Shown: piece after piece, positions 41,009 through 51,308 of the stretch
Numbering within the stretch: position 1 is the stretch's first letter
How the letters are laid out: each line of letters begins with the position of its first letter
Assembly (NCBI GenBank): GCA_965222225.1
Contig: CBDCTK010000002.1
Coordinates: forward strand, 4,960,001-5,024,000
Length of the DNA: 64,000 nt
From: Candidatus Poribacteria bacterium
GTDB lineage: Bacteria > Poribacteria > WGA-4E > JAJDTR01
Direction of reading: 5' to 3'
The notes under the pieces: model-generated
Told to the model about the DNA's origin: nothing
Databases searched by the model: none
Seen by the model: only the letters and a program-made list of their open reading frames with translations
Position numbers and translations under genes: made by a program

Positions 41009-44000
41009 ATGAAACTGAACCCCAGCCATTTGCTGATAATCATTGCCATGCTTTGCGTGATAATAGTAGCAGGCGCAGTTTACATCGCCATTCAGAATGT
41101 GAAAGACACGACTCGCTTTACGGTAGAATCGATCTTGCCCGAAGGAACGGTTTCGCAGCGTGAGAACCTCACGTTCGCGTTTTCCGATCCGGTTGTCGAA
41201 GAGCGCTTACTCGATAAGGACCTGGACTATTCTCCGATTGAGTTTTCGCCTGCGATTCCGGGAAAATTTCGTTGGGTAGACACGGATAGGCTTCGGTTTT
41301 TTCCGGAAGTTACGTTTGCTCCTTCTACCGTATACACAGCGAAAGTGTTTCCAACTGTTAGCCACTCGCCGGATCGAGTTCTGAGCGGAAAGCGGACACT
41401 TTCCTTCGCTACCGAGCGGTTCAAGGTCAAAGAATCAAGACTGTCGTTTGAGCAAGGGGCGGGCAGAAAGAGCCGAGCAAAGATCCGTGCGGCGGTTGAA
41501 TTCAACTATCCCGTCGATCCTGCCGCACTGAAGGAAAGACTCACGATATCGTATGAGGACGGAAAGACGATTTCGTATCAACCTGTGACCGAGGAAGCAT
41601 CAGATATAATCGATCTAGAAACTGTCGAGATTGAGCGTAGCGAGGATAAACAGCGCTTTGCACTTAGGCTTGAGAAAGAATTCACATGTGTCAATGGAGG
41701 GGTTGGTCTCAAGAGCGCTTACATCAACAAAACCGCATTGGAAGGACGCGGGCACTTGATTGTCGAAAATGCAGGTGTGCGGGATAGTGGTGGCGGGCAC
41801 TATCTGGAGGTTCGGTTCAATTCAAAGGTCGCCCCTGACCAAGCACAACTGTTCCTGACCGTCGAGCCGGAGGAAAATTATCAATTGGTTTCTCACCGAC
41901 GTTATTTGCGGATTGAAGGCAAATTCGAGCCTGGCGACCAACGTACTGTAAAAATAGGTCGAGGTCTATCTGCCCAAGATGGGACAACTTTAAAGCGGAA
42001 CTTTTCAACAACGCTTACGATTCCGAACCTTCAACCGAACCTGAGATTCGTCGTCGGCGGGTTATATCTTCCTAGGGATGGTAATCTGAACCTCGGTTTA
42101 GCCACGGTTAACGTGAACAAGGTGAAGGTTGGTATTGAGAAAGTGTATGCCAACAATCTTGTTTTTCTGGCGAGTTCCCAAGGTTGGTCGCGGTGGGCGA
42201 GCAACCTTGGGAAGTCTTTACACAGCGAAGAGATTAGGATAGAGTCGGTGTTAAATGAGGAGGTCACGACACCAATCTCCTTGGCAGAATATCTGGAGGG
42301 TGACCGAATCGGTATCTTCAAAGTGACTGCCCGCGAATCGGAGAGGCGGTGGCGTTACGCAACTCAGTGGGTCATGGTAACCGACCTTGGCATAATGGCG
42401 AAGAAGACGGCAGACGAATTGTGGGTGTGGGTCAATTCACTGTCCACGTTGAAAGGAGTTGAGGACGCGGTCATTGAGGTTATCAGCGACAATAATCAGA
42501 TCCTGCTGAGCGGTACTACCAATTCCGACGGTGTTGTGAAATTCTCTTCAGTATCTGAAAAGATTGAAGGATTCGTCCCATTCATGATTACCGCGGCGAA
42601 AGGCAAAGACCTTTCCTTTATTGAGTTAAATCGCCGTAAACTGTCAACCACCAACTTTGGGGTTGCCGGTGCACCATATCTGGATAGCGGTTATGAAGCA
42701 TTCGTATACACTGATCGAGGAGTTTATCGACCTGGCGAGACTGCGAACCTAGTGAATATTGTGCGTGGAAAGGGCAACCTGACTCCACCTTCACTTCCGG
42801 TGCTGATACAGGTGTTGGCGCCCGACAAACGCATCTTTCGAGAATTTCGTTCGCAGACAGGCAGGGGAGGCGCTTTCGAGCTAAGCGTGAAATTCCCTGA
42901 ATACGCCAAGACGGGGCGGTACACTGCCAAGATTCATGTTGCAGACAACGAAATCGGGCGTGCCAGCTTTCAGGTCGAGGAGTTCATGCCCGACCGGATT
43001 AAGGTCACTCTAACGACGGATAAACCGGTTTATGCGGTGGGCGACGAGATTGCAGTTGACGTTGAGGCGGTAAACCTTTTTGGGCCACCAGCGGCCAATC
43101 GGAAAGTTATAGCTAGTTGCGATATTGAGGCAAGCGAGTTTGCACCCGAGAAGTGGAGTTCGTTTACGTTTTCTAATGCTACGTTAAAGTTCAAGAAGCG
43201 TCATATTAATCTTGGCGAGTCACGTACGGATGAATTTGGAAAGACAGTCTATCACCTTCCGATACCCTCGGAATTAAAGCCGCAATCCGCGCTGAGCGGT
43301 GTATTTGTTGCCACCGTCAGCGAACCTGGAGGACGAGCAGTCAGCGCCTACAGAGGGGTGACCATTCATCCTTATACCCATTATGTTGGAATTCGTCGGT
43401 CGCCGGAAGGTTATGCAAAGCTTAATGAGGAGACGACTATCGAATATATTTCTGTCGACAAAGATGGCATCCTGTCCGGCGGGCGAAATTTGAAGCTGAC
43501 GACTTACAAAATCCGTTGGAACTCCATTTTACGCCGAAATAGTAGTGGAAATTATCAGTATGTGTCGGAAAAACAAGCAGAAATACTTCGATCGATTCCG
43601 CTTACTTCGGTAGAAGGGATTGGCAGGTATGCGTTCGCACCGGCAGAATATGGCGAATACCGGATAGAGGTTCGGGATTTGGACTCCGGGGCGTCCGCTA
43701 CGACGGAATTTTACACCGCCGGTTGGGGTTACACGCCTTGGGCAATGGAAAATCCGGACCGGCTTGAGATTGACCTGGATAAAGCGAGCTATCAGCCCGG
43801 CGAAATTGCGAAAGCGCAGATTAAAGCCCCATTTGCCGGCAAACTCATCTTGACGATAGAGCGGGAGAAGGTATTGAGTTACCGAACGGTAACGATGCAG
43901 GAGAACACTGCTGTCATTGACATACCGATTCGGGCTGAATACAAGCCCAACGTCTACCTGTCCGCCAGTCTTATTCGCTCAACCACTTCATTGGAGAAGC

Positions 44001-46393
44001 ATTCCCCTGCCCGTGCCTTCGGTGTCGTTCCGCTTAAGTTGAACGATGACGTCAATCGATTGGCAGTCGAGATTGACGCGGTGGAGAAGTCCCGTCCGAA
44101 TCAAGAACTAGAGGTTGTCGTCCGTGTAGAGGGGCCGTCTCCAGCCAAGAGGGGAGTATACCGACTCACGGTTGCAGCGGTTGACGAAGGTATCCTTCAG
44201 TTGACAAACTTCCAGACTCCGGACGCCCACGGCTTTTTCTTTCGACGAAGGGGTTTGAATACCGACACGTTGGATCTCTATTCAGCGGTATTACCGGAAA
44301 TCGAGTCAGCAACGGGTAAGTCTAGCACTGGCGGCGGCGATGGGGTTGATGCGGGGCGAAAAAAGCGGTTGAGCACCGTCAGCGTGACGCGAGTGAAGCC
44401 TGTCTCGCTTTGGTCGGGTATTGTTACGACTGATGACATGGGCACAAGTGTCGTTCGATTCAGTATACCACAGTTCAACGGCACACTACGTTTGATGGCG
44501 GTTGCGTTCGCAGGCGATCGGTTCGGAAAGGCTCAGGAATCCGTCATCGTCCGCGATCCAATTGTTCTGACACCTACCTTTCCCCGGTTTGTATCGAGCG
44601 GCGACCGGTTCAAAGTTCCCGTGAGCGTGTTCAACGGAACGGTGGAGGACGGTGACTTTGACATCGCGCTGAGTCGGGAAGGAGCCGTTGAGATTCTGGG
44701 GGACAGCACGCAATCAATTCGTCTCAACACCGGTGAAGAGAGGCAAGTGTTGTTTGAACTTGCCGCCCAAGATGCGATGGGTAAGGTCACGTTCAACCTC
44801 TCGGCAAAGGGCAATCGCGAAAGTACACGGATGATTACAGATGTTCCAATTCGCCCGGCGACACCTCCCGTGACACAATCGGGCTACGGTGTGGTTAAGG
44901 CTGAACGCACGGCAGATTTTACTTTTCCGTCGAACTACATTGCGGGAACTGAGGAATTCGGGCTGACGCTGTCATCGTTTCCGGCAGTAAAGTTTGCCGG
45001 TGGAATCTCGTATCTTCTGCGGTATCCTTACGGGTGAGTTGAACAGGTCACGGCGGGGGTCTTCCCGCTGTTAGCTTTTGATAACATTGCCCAAACAATT
45101 GCTCCGGATCTCTTTGCGAAAGGCAGCGCGGATTATTTCATTAACGAGGGTATCGCCAAGCTAGAAAGCATGATGATGCCGGACAACTATTTCGCTTATT
45201 GGCCAGGCGGCAACTACGCGAACTACTGGAGTAGCATATTTGCCGCGCACTTCCTCGTTGAAGCGCGAAAAGCCGGCTATCAGGTTTCCGACCGCATTTA
45301 TCAGATGATGCTGGAGGCGCTGAAACGGGAAGCCAAGCACGGGGCGCGGGGGCGTAATGAACTTGAACGGATTGCCTATGCGGTTTACGTCTTGGCAGCA
45401 GCGGGTCAACCAGAGAAGAGCACCATGCTCTACTTGAAGAACAACCGATTGGAGGACCTCAGCGATTACAGCGAGTTTCAACTAGCCGGCGCGTTCGCGC
45501 TATCTGGCGACCTTGATACCGCGGTTTCAATGCTCCCAAGAGACATTTCACCCACAAGCGACGAGATGCGAGAATCGGGCGGGAATTTCAACTCTCCGGT
45601 TCGGGCTCAGGCTATCATGCTTGATGTACTGGCGGAAGTGCATCCCGACCACCCGACGGTGTCACAGCTTGTAAAGAGTTTGACTGACGCAGCATCTGGC
45701 AAAGGTCGGTGGCAAACGACTCAGGAAAACGCGTTTGCGTTCCTCGCGCTCGGAAAGATACTGAAGCAAGATATTGGAGCACAGTATACGGGCACAATCA
45801 CTATTGACGGGGAACACCTTGCGGAGTTTGGGCCAAGCGATCAACAGTATTCAAGCAAAGAGTGGGGCGGCAAGCGTGTACGGTTGAGCCTTGAGGGCAC
45901 AGGAAACAGCTACTACCAATGGCGGTCTTTTGGCGTCGAGACGGGTTCGTCTATTGAAGAGTTCGATAGGGAATTGCAGGTTAGACGCCGGTATATGTCG
46001 GAGGCTGGCGAGCCGATTGAGGACGGTGTTTTCAAGCACGGCGATATGGTTGTAGCGGAGATTTCAGTCAAGGCGCTGACCGCCAATCTGGAGAATGTGG
46101 TCGTTGTGGATATGCTTCCCGCAGGATTCGAGATTGAAAACCCGCGCTTGGAATCTCGCGCAGGTATTTCATGGCTGTCCAGAAAGCGTTTCAAGCCGGA
46201 CTACGTGGATATCCGCGATGATCGTCTCCTTTTCTTCGGCAAATTCCCGCGAAGGAAAGAGCAGAAGTTCTACTACGCGTTGAGAGCCGTTACACAGGGC
46301 GAATTCATACTGCCACCTGTCACGGCTGAAGCCATGTACGATCCGTCGAAGTCATCGGTGGCATCGGGAGGACGAATCAGTGTTGCACCGTGA
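41009..46393 (+). CDS. Bacterial alpha-2-macroglobulin (YfhM-like), 1794 aa if UGA 45035-45037 is read as selenocysteine in the thioester motif (UVEQ)
   Basis: TDRGVYRPGE, FQVEEFMPDR, AAVDEGILQLT, YPYG*VEQ, TTQENAFA, DMLPAGFEIEN, EAMYDP; the ORFs 41009-45037 and 45170-46393 are in one frame with no other stop. Confidence 0.88.
45050..45071 (+). promoter_or_regulatory. Putative bacterial SECIS element
   Basis: ACGGCGGG-GGTCTT-CCCGCTGT: 8-bp stem starting 12 nt after the UGA; loop begins GGUCU. Confidence 0.8.
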
Positions 46394-46553
46394 TGCGATG
46401 AAGGTTTCATTGACTGAATTCCGGCAACCAAATGCTAACTACCTTTATGCTCGATCTGGATTGTCAACTGCAGTGCTACAAAACCATTTGGCAATCCACC
46501 AGAGGCAAAAGCACAGCTCAATAAACCCGTTAGACGATATGGAGGAAAGGAAA

Positions 46554-47498
46554 ATGAAAAGGCAATTCTGCACGCTGAGTATGTGTTTGATCATGTTTAC
46601 AGTTACGAGTTCAATTCAAGGGAATGAGTTAAGCGACGTTGACATGGCGGAGCAGGCGAAGCATCTTATTGCTTGCTATAGGGAAGGCCATATTGATGCC
46701 TATTATACCTTGAATGCTACAGGCGGCGAGGGGTTAGTTCCAGTGTTTCTCGAAGCGCTGCGTGATTCTGACGCGAACGTTAGGATTCTCGCCGTAAATC
46801 AACTCACAAACTATAGGAAGGTAGAGACGATTGGACCGATTTCGGATGTGCTCAAGCACGACAGTCATGAAGGGGTGCGTGCAGCGGCGGCAACAAGTTT
46901 GGGGCAGCTTGGATATCGTGAGTCGAGTCCTTACTTGCTTGATGCCTTGAATGACAAATCGGCTAGCGTGGTGGAAGCGGCGATACGAGGTTTGGGATGG
47001 CTGAAATCTCGTGAAGCCGTACAACCATTGAAAGACAAACTGCGCGGCGACAACGAAAAGGACTGGGTAATTCAGCGCGCTGCCTCGGACGCCTTACAAG
47101 ACATTACTGGCGAGGACTGGGGTCAAGGTATACACGAATTCCCCCCGGAACTCAGAGTGCGTGATGCTGATATCACGCTTGAAGCCTATCAACGCGCGAT
47201 GGAATATCTCGGAGAGAGGCCTCCAGAGATGATTGATACCACCATCACTACGGAGGAGTTAACTTCGGCGGAGGGGTTTTACGTCGGGTATTGGAATCGC
47301 CTGACGATTATTGAGGGGTATCATTTGAAACAGAACCTACAAGTTTGCAAAGGTGCGCTGCAGCAAACATTGCAATCGAGGAAATTGAACGAAGTGATAG
47401 AGGATATAGAGGATGATGTCATGAACGCGCAGAAGGAGTATGATGAGGCGTGACAGAAATACGAGGATTTCTTGGCTAATAGTGTTTGGGCGGATTGA
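46554..47498 (+). CDS. Exported HEAT-repeat protein, paralogue 1 (premature TGA at 47451-47453, 15 codons before the conserved end)
   Basis: Signal peptide; PBS-lyase HEAT repeats; frame continues QKYEDFLANSVWAD as in the paralogues. Confidence 0.75.
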
Positions 47499-47655
47499 TG
47501 TACCCCCGGTAGGAAAGTATTGTAATTCATGTTGTTCCGATTTTAAGATCCTGCAGTAAACGGAACTATGCGTAGGGAACACAGATCTGCGTTCCCTACA
47601 GATACAATTGTAAAACGAAAAACATAACGTGTTGTATGCGCAAATGGAGGCAACT

Positions 47656-48594
47656 ATGATGAAACAGCTACTAACGTTGATGAGCGCGTGCTTTATATTC
47701 TCTCTAATGGTACTCTCGGTTCGGGGGAGTGGGCGACCCGACGATGACATGAAGAATCATGTGAAAGAGCTTATTGGCCGCTATAAGCAGGGGGATCGTG
47801 AAGCCTACGACCTACTGATTGTAAACATTGATGAAAAATTGTTTCCGGTGTATCTTGAGGCGCTCAAGGATGCTGACGCCAAAGTTAGAAGGCTTGCGAT
47901 TAGGCAACTCGCGAGGTATAAGAAAAAGGAAGCTATCGCACCGATAGGACAGTTGCTTGAGAGCGACGCCAGCGAAGGCGTGCGTCGGGAGGCAGCTTCA
48001 AGATTGGGGCATTTGACCTACCCAGAGTCTAGTCGACTTCTGATTGATGCGCTGGACGACGACTCACAGCGTGTGGTGGAAGCAGTGATACGAGCGTTAG
48101 GTAGGTTGAAGTCTAAGGAAGCGATTGAGTCGTTGAAGGAGAAGCTGAAAGGCGACAATGAAAAAGACTGGGAAATTCAACGCGCTGCTGCTTACGCGCT
48201 GCGAGTCATCACTGGTATGGATTGGAGTGAAGGTATACATGAAGTTCCGCCGGAATACCGGACGCGTGATGAAGAGTTTACATTTGAAGCATACGAACGC
48301 GCAATTCGCTACTTTTCTAGATCTGTGCCTACTATGATTGACACGACAATCATAATTGATGAGTTGATCCACAGCGAGATGTTCTATATCGGCGGTCCAA
48401 ATCGTTTTACCATTCTTCAGGGATTCCACCTAAAGCAAAATGGACAACTACAGGAAAAAAACCTTAATCAGGCTCTGTTAGCACAGAAGTTAGGTACAAT
48501 GACGGACGATGATGTGACCAAAGCTAATGCCGCGTACGATCAAGCGCAGAAAAAGTACAAAGATTTCTTGGGGAAAAGTGGATGGGCGGATTGA
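47656..48594 (+). CDS. Exported HEAT-repeat protein, paralogue 2
   Basis: LEALKDADAKVRRLA-type repeats; ends GWAD. Confidence 0.85.
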   Translation: MMKQLLTLMSACFIFSLMVLSVRGSGRPDDDMKNHVKELIGRYKQGDREAYDLLIVNIDEKLFPVYLEALKDADAKVRRLAIRQLARYKKKEAIAPIGQLLESDASEGVRREAASRLGHLTYPESSRLLIDALDDDSQRVVEAVIRALGRLKSKEAIESLKEKLKGDNEKDWEIQRAAAYALRVITGMDWSEGIHEVPPEYRTRDEEFTFEAYERAIRYFSRSVPTMIDTTIIIDELIHSEMFYIGGPNRFTILQGFHLKQNGQLQEKNLNQALLAQKLGTMTDDDVTKANAAYDQAQKKYKDFLGKSGWAD

Positions 48595-48741
48595 TTCCCA
48601 TACTCCGAATGGCAAGGCATTGTCATTATGAGATTATTTTAACAATAAACTAGCGGGGGCGATGACCGCAGTCCCGGGAGGGTTACAAATTCAATCGCAT
48701 CAGGTGGGAAAATATTCATACGCCGAAAACTGGAGGAAATA

Positions 48742-49680
48742 ATGTCAGAAAAACTGTTGATTTTCTTGGGCACATGCTTGTTAAGCTTTTCTATTACGTC
48801 TTCAATCCAAGGAAACGGGGCGCTGAAAGGTGAAGACATTGCGGCACAGGCAAGAGAGCTAATCGTGCGTTATGGGCAGGGGGATTCGGGAGTCTATTAC
48901 AGGATGGCAAACACTAGAGATGATAGGTTGGTTCCGGTGTTTCTTGAAGCACTCAAAAATTCCAACTCCAGGATAAAGATTCTTGCGATAAGTCAGCTTC
49001 GAAAATACGGAAAAAAAGAAACTATCGTCCCCATGGTGGAATTGCTCAAACACGACGAAAATGCCGACGTACGTGCGGCAGCCGCTGCCAGTTTAGCTCG
49101 GTTTCGCACCGCGGAGTCAAGCCAAGATCTCCTCAATGCTCTACATGATGAGTCCCCCAGGGTAGTAAGGGCTGCGATAAGGGTATTGGGACACCTAAAG
49201 TCAAAGGAAGCGGTTGTACCGCTGAAGGCGAGATTGTCCATAGATAACGAAAAGAATTGGGCAGTTCGGCGGGCCGCTAAAGACGCATTGGAATCCATCA
49301 TTGGTGCTGACTGGAAGCGAAGCATGCGCGAGATTCCGCCCCAGTTTCGAGCACGAAATGAAGATATCACGCATCAAGCCTATGAGGCCGCGATGGAGAA
49401 TCTGGGTAGCGCGCTTGGTAAAATTAACAGAGCTGGCTCAATAAGGGAACTAAGTGTAGATGAGGAATTCTTACGCGACTATGGAAAGACGGTAATTGTT
49501 ATTGAAGGATACTACCTGAAACAGAACGCAGAGATTTACAGAAAGGCGCTTGAAAACGCACGGCTTTCAGTGGAATTAGGTGAGATGACGAATGATGATG
49601 TGACAAAAGCCGAAGCCACTTACAATCAAGCCCAGTCTAGGTACGAGGATTTTCTGGCAAACAGTGTTTGGGCGGATTGA
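48742..49680 (+). CDS. Exported HEAT-repeat protein, paralogue 3
   Basis: DENADVRAAAAASL-type repeats; ends SVWAD. Confidence 0.85.
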   Translation: MSEKLLIFLGTCLLSFSITSSIQGNGALKGEDIAAQARELIVRYGQGDSGVYYRMANTRDDRLVPVFLEALKNSNSRIKILAISQLRKYGKKETIVPMVELLKHDENADVRAAAAASLARFRTAESSQDLLNALHDESPRVVRAAIRVLGHLKSKEAVVPLKARLSIDNEKNWAVRRAAKDALESIIGADWKRSMREIPPQFRARNEDITHQAYEAAMENLGSALGKINRAGSIRELSVDEEFLRDYGKTVIVIEGYYLKQNAEIYRKALENARLSVELGEMTNDDVTKAEATYNQAQSRYEDFLANSVWAD

Positions 49681-49747
49681 ATTAAGAAGATGTGAGGAAT
49701 CTCTGGCACATCTCAATGGTGGGCAGTGACCACCCTACAAGTGTTTT

Positions 49748-50749
49748 CTATAGGGAATAGCCATCCACGGCTCGACGGAATGCTTTGATATGCGCCGGTG
49801 TTGTCCCGCAGCATCCACCAATGAGATAGGCGCCCTCTTCGATTAACTCGGGCACGTAGCTTTCCATTTCTTCCGGCGCTTGTGAATAGTAGGTGCGGTG
49901 ATTTTCGTCAAGCTGCGGCATGCCGGCATTGGGATAAGCCATTATGTGTTTTGGCTCCACTCCACCCTCCTCCATGGCGATTCGTGCCTGTCGCACGCCG
50001 TTGATGGCATACGGCATCCCAGAGTGTTCGCTCCTCCTCGTTTCAGCGCCGCAGTTTAGTCCAAGCAGGTGAACATCATCAAGTAGGTTGTTTCCGTCGG
50101 AATACTCGCCGCTCGACAGAATATTGAGTAGGTCGGTAGCGGAATGTCCCCAGTCCGTTTTATAGATTATCTCACCGGTGCGCCGATCTTTGGTATACTT
50201 GTAGGTCAGATTTACCGCAATCGGGATCCCTACTCCCCTAGCCAAATCGACTGCAACTGCTGCCTCTTTCGCAGAGAACATCGTCTCAATACAGAAAAAA
50301 TCCACCCCGCCTTCCGCTAACGCGGAGATAACCCTCTCGTGGGCGTTCCTGACATCCTTGTTTGGAATTCCGAAGTCGGTGCCGCCGCTGTCGGCTTCGA
50401 TTGCTCCGGGAGAGGGACCAACCGATCCCGCAATATATACATGTTTGCCGCTTTCTTCAACCGCGGCTCTAGCGTGTTTAACGGCAGCCGTTACCAGTTG
50501 TTCGGCTTCAGCCGCGCTTTTTCCCGCCATTTCCAAATGCAGCGGTGACACGACAAAGGTATTCGTGCCAACCACGTCAGCTCCTGCGTTAATGTACGAC
50601 AAATGGATGTCAACGACGGCTTGCGGGTACAGTTCGTTGGCTAACGCACTGTTCACTAGCTCTATACCCTTGGCGAATAGTTGAGAACCGAAGCCGCCGT
50701 CATAAATCATTGGCTTAGGTTCTTCGAGTCGTTCCAGAAAGGTTTTCAT
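49748..50749 (-). CDS. Homocysteine S-methyltransferase family protein
   Basis: DGGFGS, AGADVVGTNTF, IETM, GLNC, YPNAG, IGGCCGTTPAHI. Confidence 0.92.
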   Translation of the reverse strand: MKTFLERLEEPKPMIYDGGFGSQLFAKGIELVNSALANELYPQAVVDIHLSYINAGADVVGTNTFVVSPLHLEMAGKSAAEAEQLVTAAVKHARAAVEESGKHVYIAGSVGPSPGAIEADSGGTDFGIPNKDVRNAHERVISALAEGGVDFFCIETMFSAKEAAVAVDLARGVGIPIAVNLTYKYTKDRRTGEIIYKTDWGHSATDLLNILSSGEYSDGNNLLDDVHLLGLNCGAETRRSEHSGMPYAINGVRQARIAMEEGGVEPKHIMAYPNAGMPQLDENHRTYYSQAPEEMESYVPELIEEGAYLIGGCCGTTPAHIKAFRRAVDGYSL

Positions 50750-51005
50750 GAGCGATTTAGGTGGATAGTTCTGTTGGATTGTGTTTTTTGACTATTGAGG
50801 CATGGAGTTTGGTTTTGACAGGAAATTGGAGCAAAGTTGTTGGTGAATACATTCGCTGGCCAAAATTAGTCACAATTATTTTATCAGACTCAATGGAGTA
50901 GTTTCAATCCATTCTTCAGAATCTGCCAGGGGATGGTGTCTGATTTTGATGTATGGTGGTGTCTCTACACACTCCCGAAGTCGCGATGCGGAGAGGAATC
51001 TTTAT

Positions 51006-51042
51006 GGGATTTCTATTGCACTCCTTGTTCAGTCGCTTGATC
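51006..51042 (-). repeat. GA-hairpin repeat unit
   Basis: Reverse strand GATCAA-GC-GA-CT-GAACA-AG-GA-GT-GCAATAGAAATCCC. Confidence 0.75.
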
Positions 51043-51077
51043 GGGTGAGATCGGTCTCTTAACCTAGTCAAATTCGC

Positions 51078-51106
51078 TTGACGGAATAAGAAAAATGGTG
51101 TACACT
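51078..51106 (+). promoter_or_regulatory. Sigma70 promoter of tRNA-Leu
   Basis: TTGACG-17 bp-TACACT. Confidence 0.65.
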
Positions 51107-51136
51107 CTATATGTCTCTAGAGCGGAGTTTTTGTGT

Positions 51137-51222
51137 GCCGGGATGTCGGAATTGGTAGACGAGCTAGATTCAGGATCTAGTGGGCATTATTGCCCGTAGG
51201 GGTTCAAATCCCCTTCCCGGCA
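51137..51222 (+). tRNA. tRNA-Leu(CAG)
   Basis: CTAGA-TTCAGGA-TCTAG anticodon arm; long variable arm. Confidence 0.95.
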
Positions 51223-51308
51223 TTCGCAGTGAGACGCTACGAGCGTCAACTGTTTCGTTGATAGTCGTTGAGTTAATTCGTACGAGGTTGGCAACCTTGC
51301 TACCCAGT

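Noticed and set aside
47451-47453. In-frame TGA in HEAT paralogue 1 as a second selenocysteine
   Set aside because: It aligns with Gln in both paralogues, not Cys, and no SECIS-like hairpin follows; a nonsense mutation or sequence error is more likely.
790-51042. GA-hairpin repeats as DGR variable regions, integron attC sites or a peptide repeat (SIAxxIRSxD)
   Set aside because: Variation is not adenine-specific and no RT is present; there are no RYYYAAC/GTTRRRY ends; the copies are not in consistent ORFs, and base-pair covariation explains the variable positions better.
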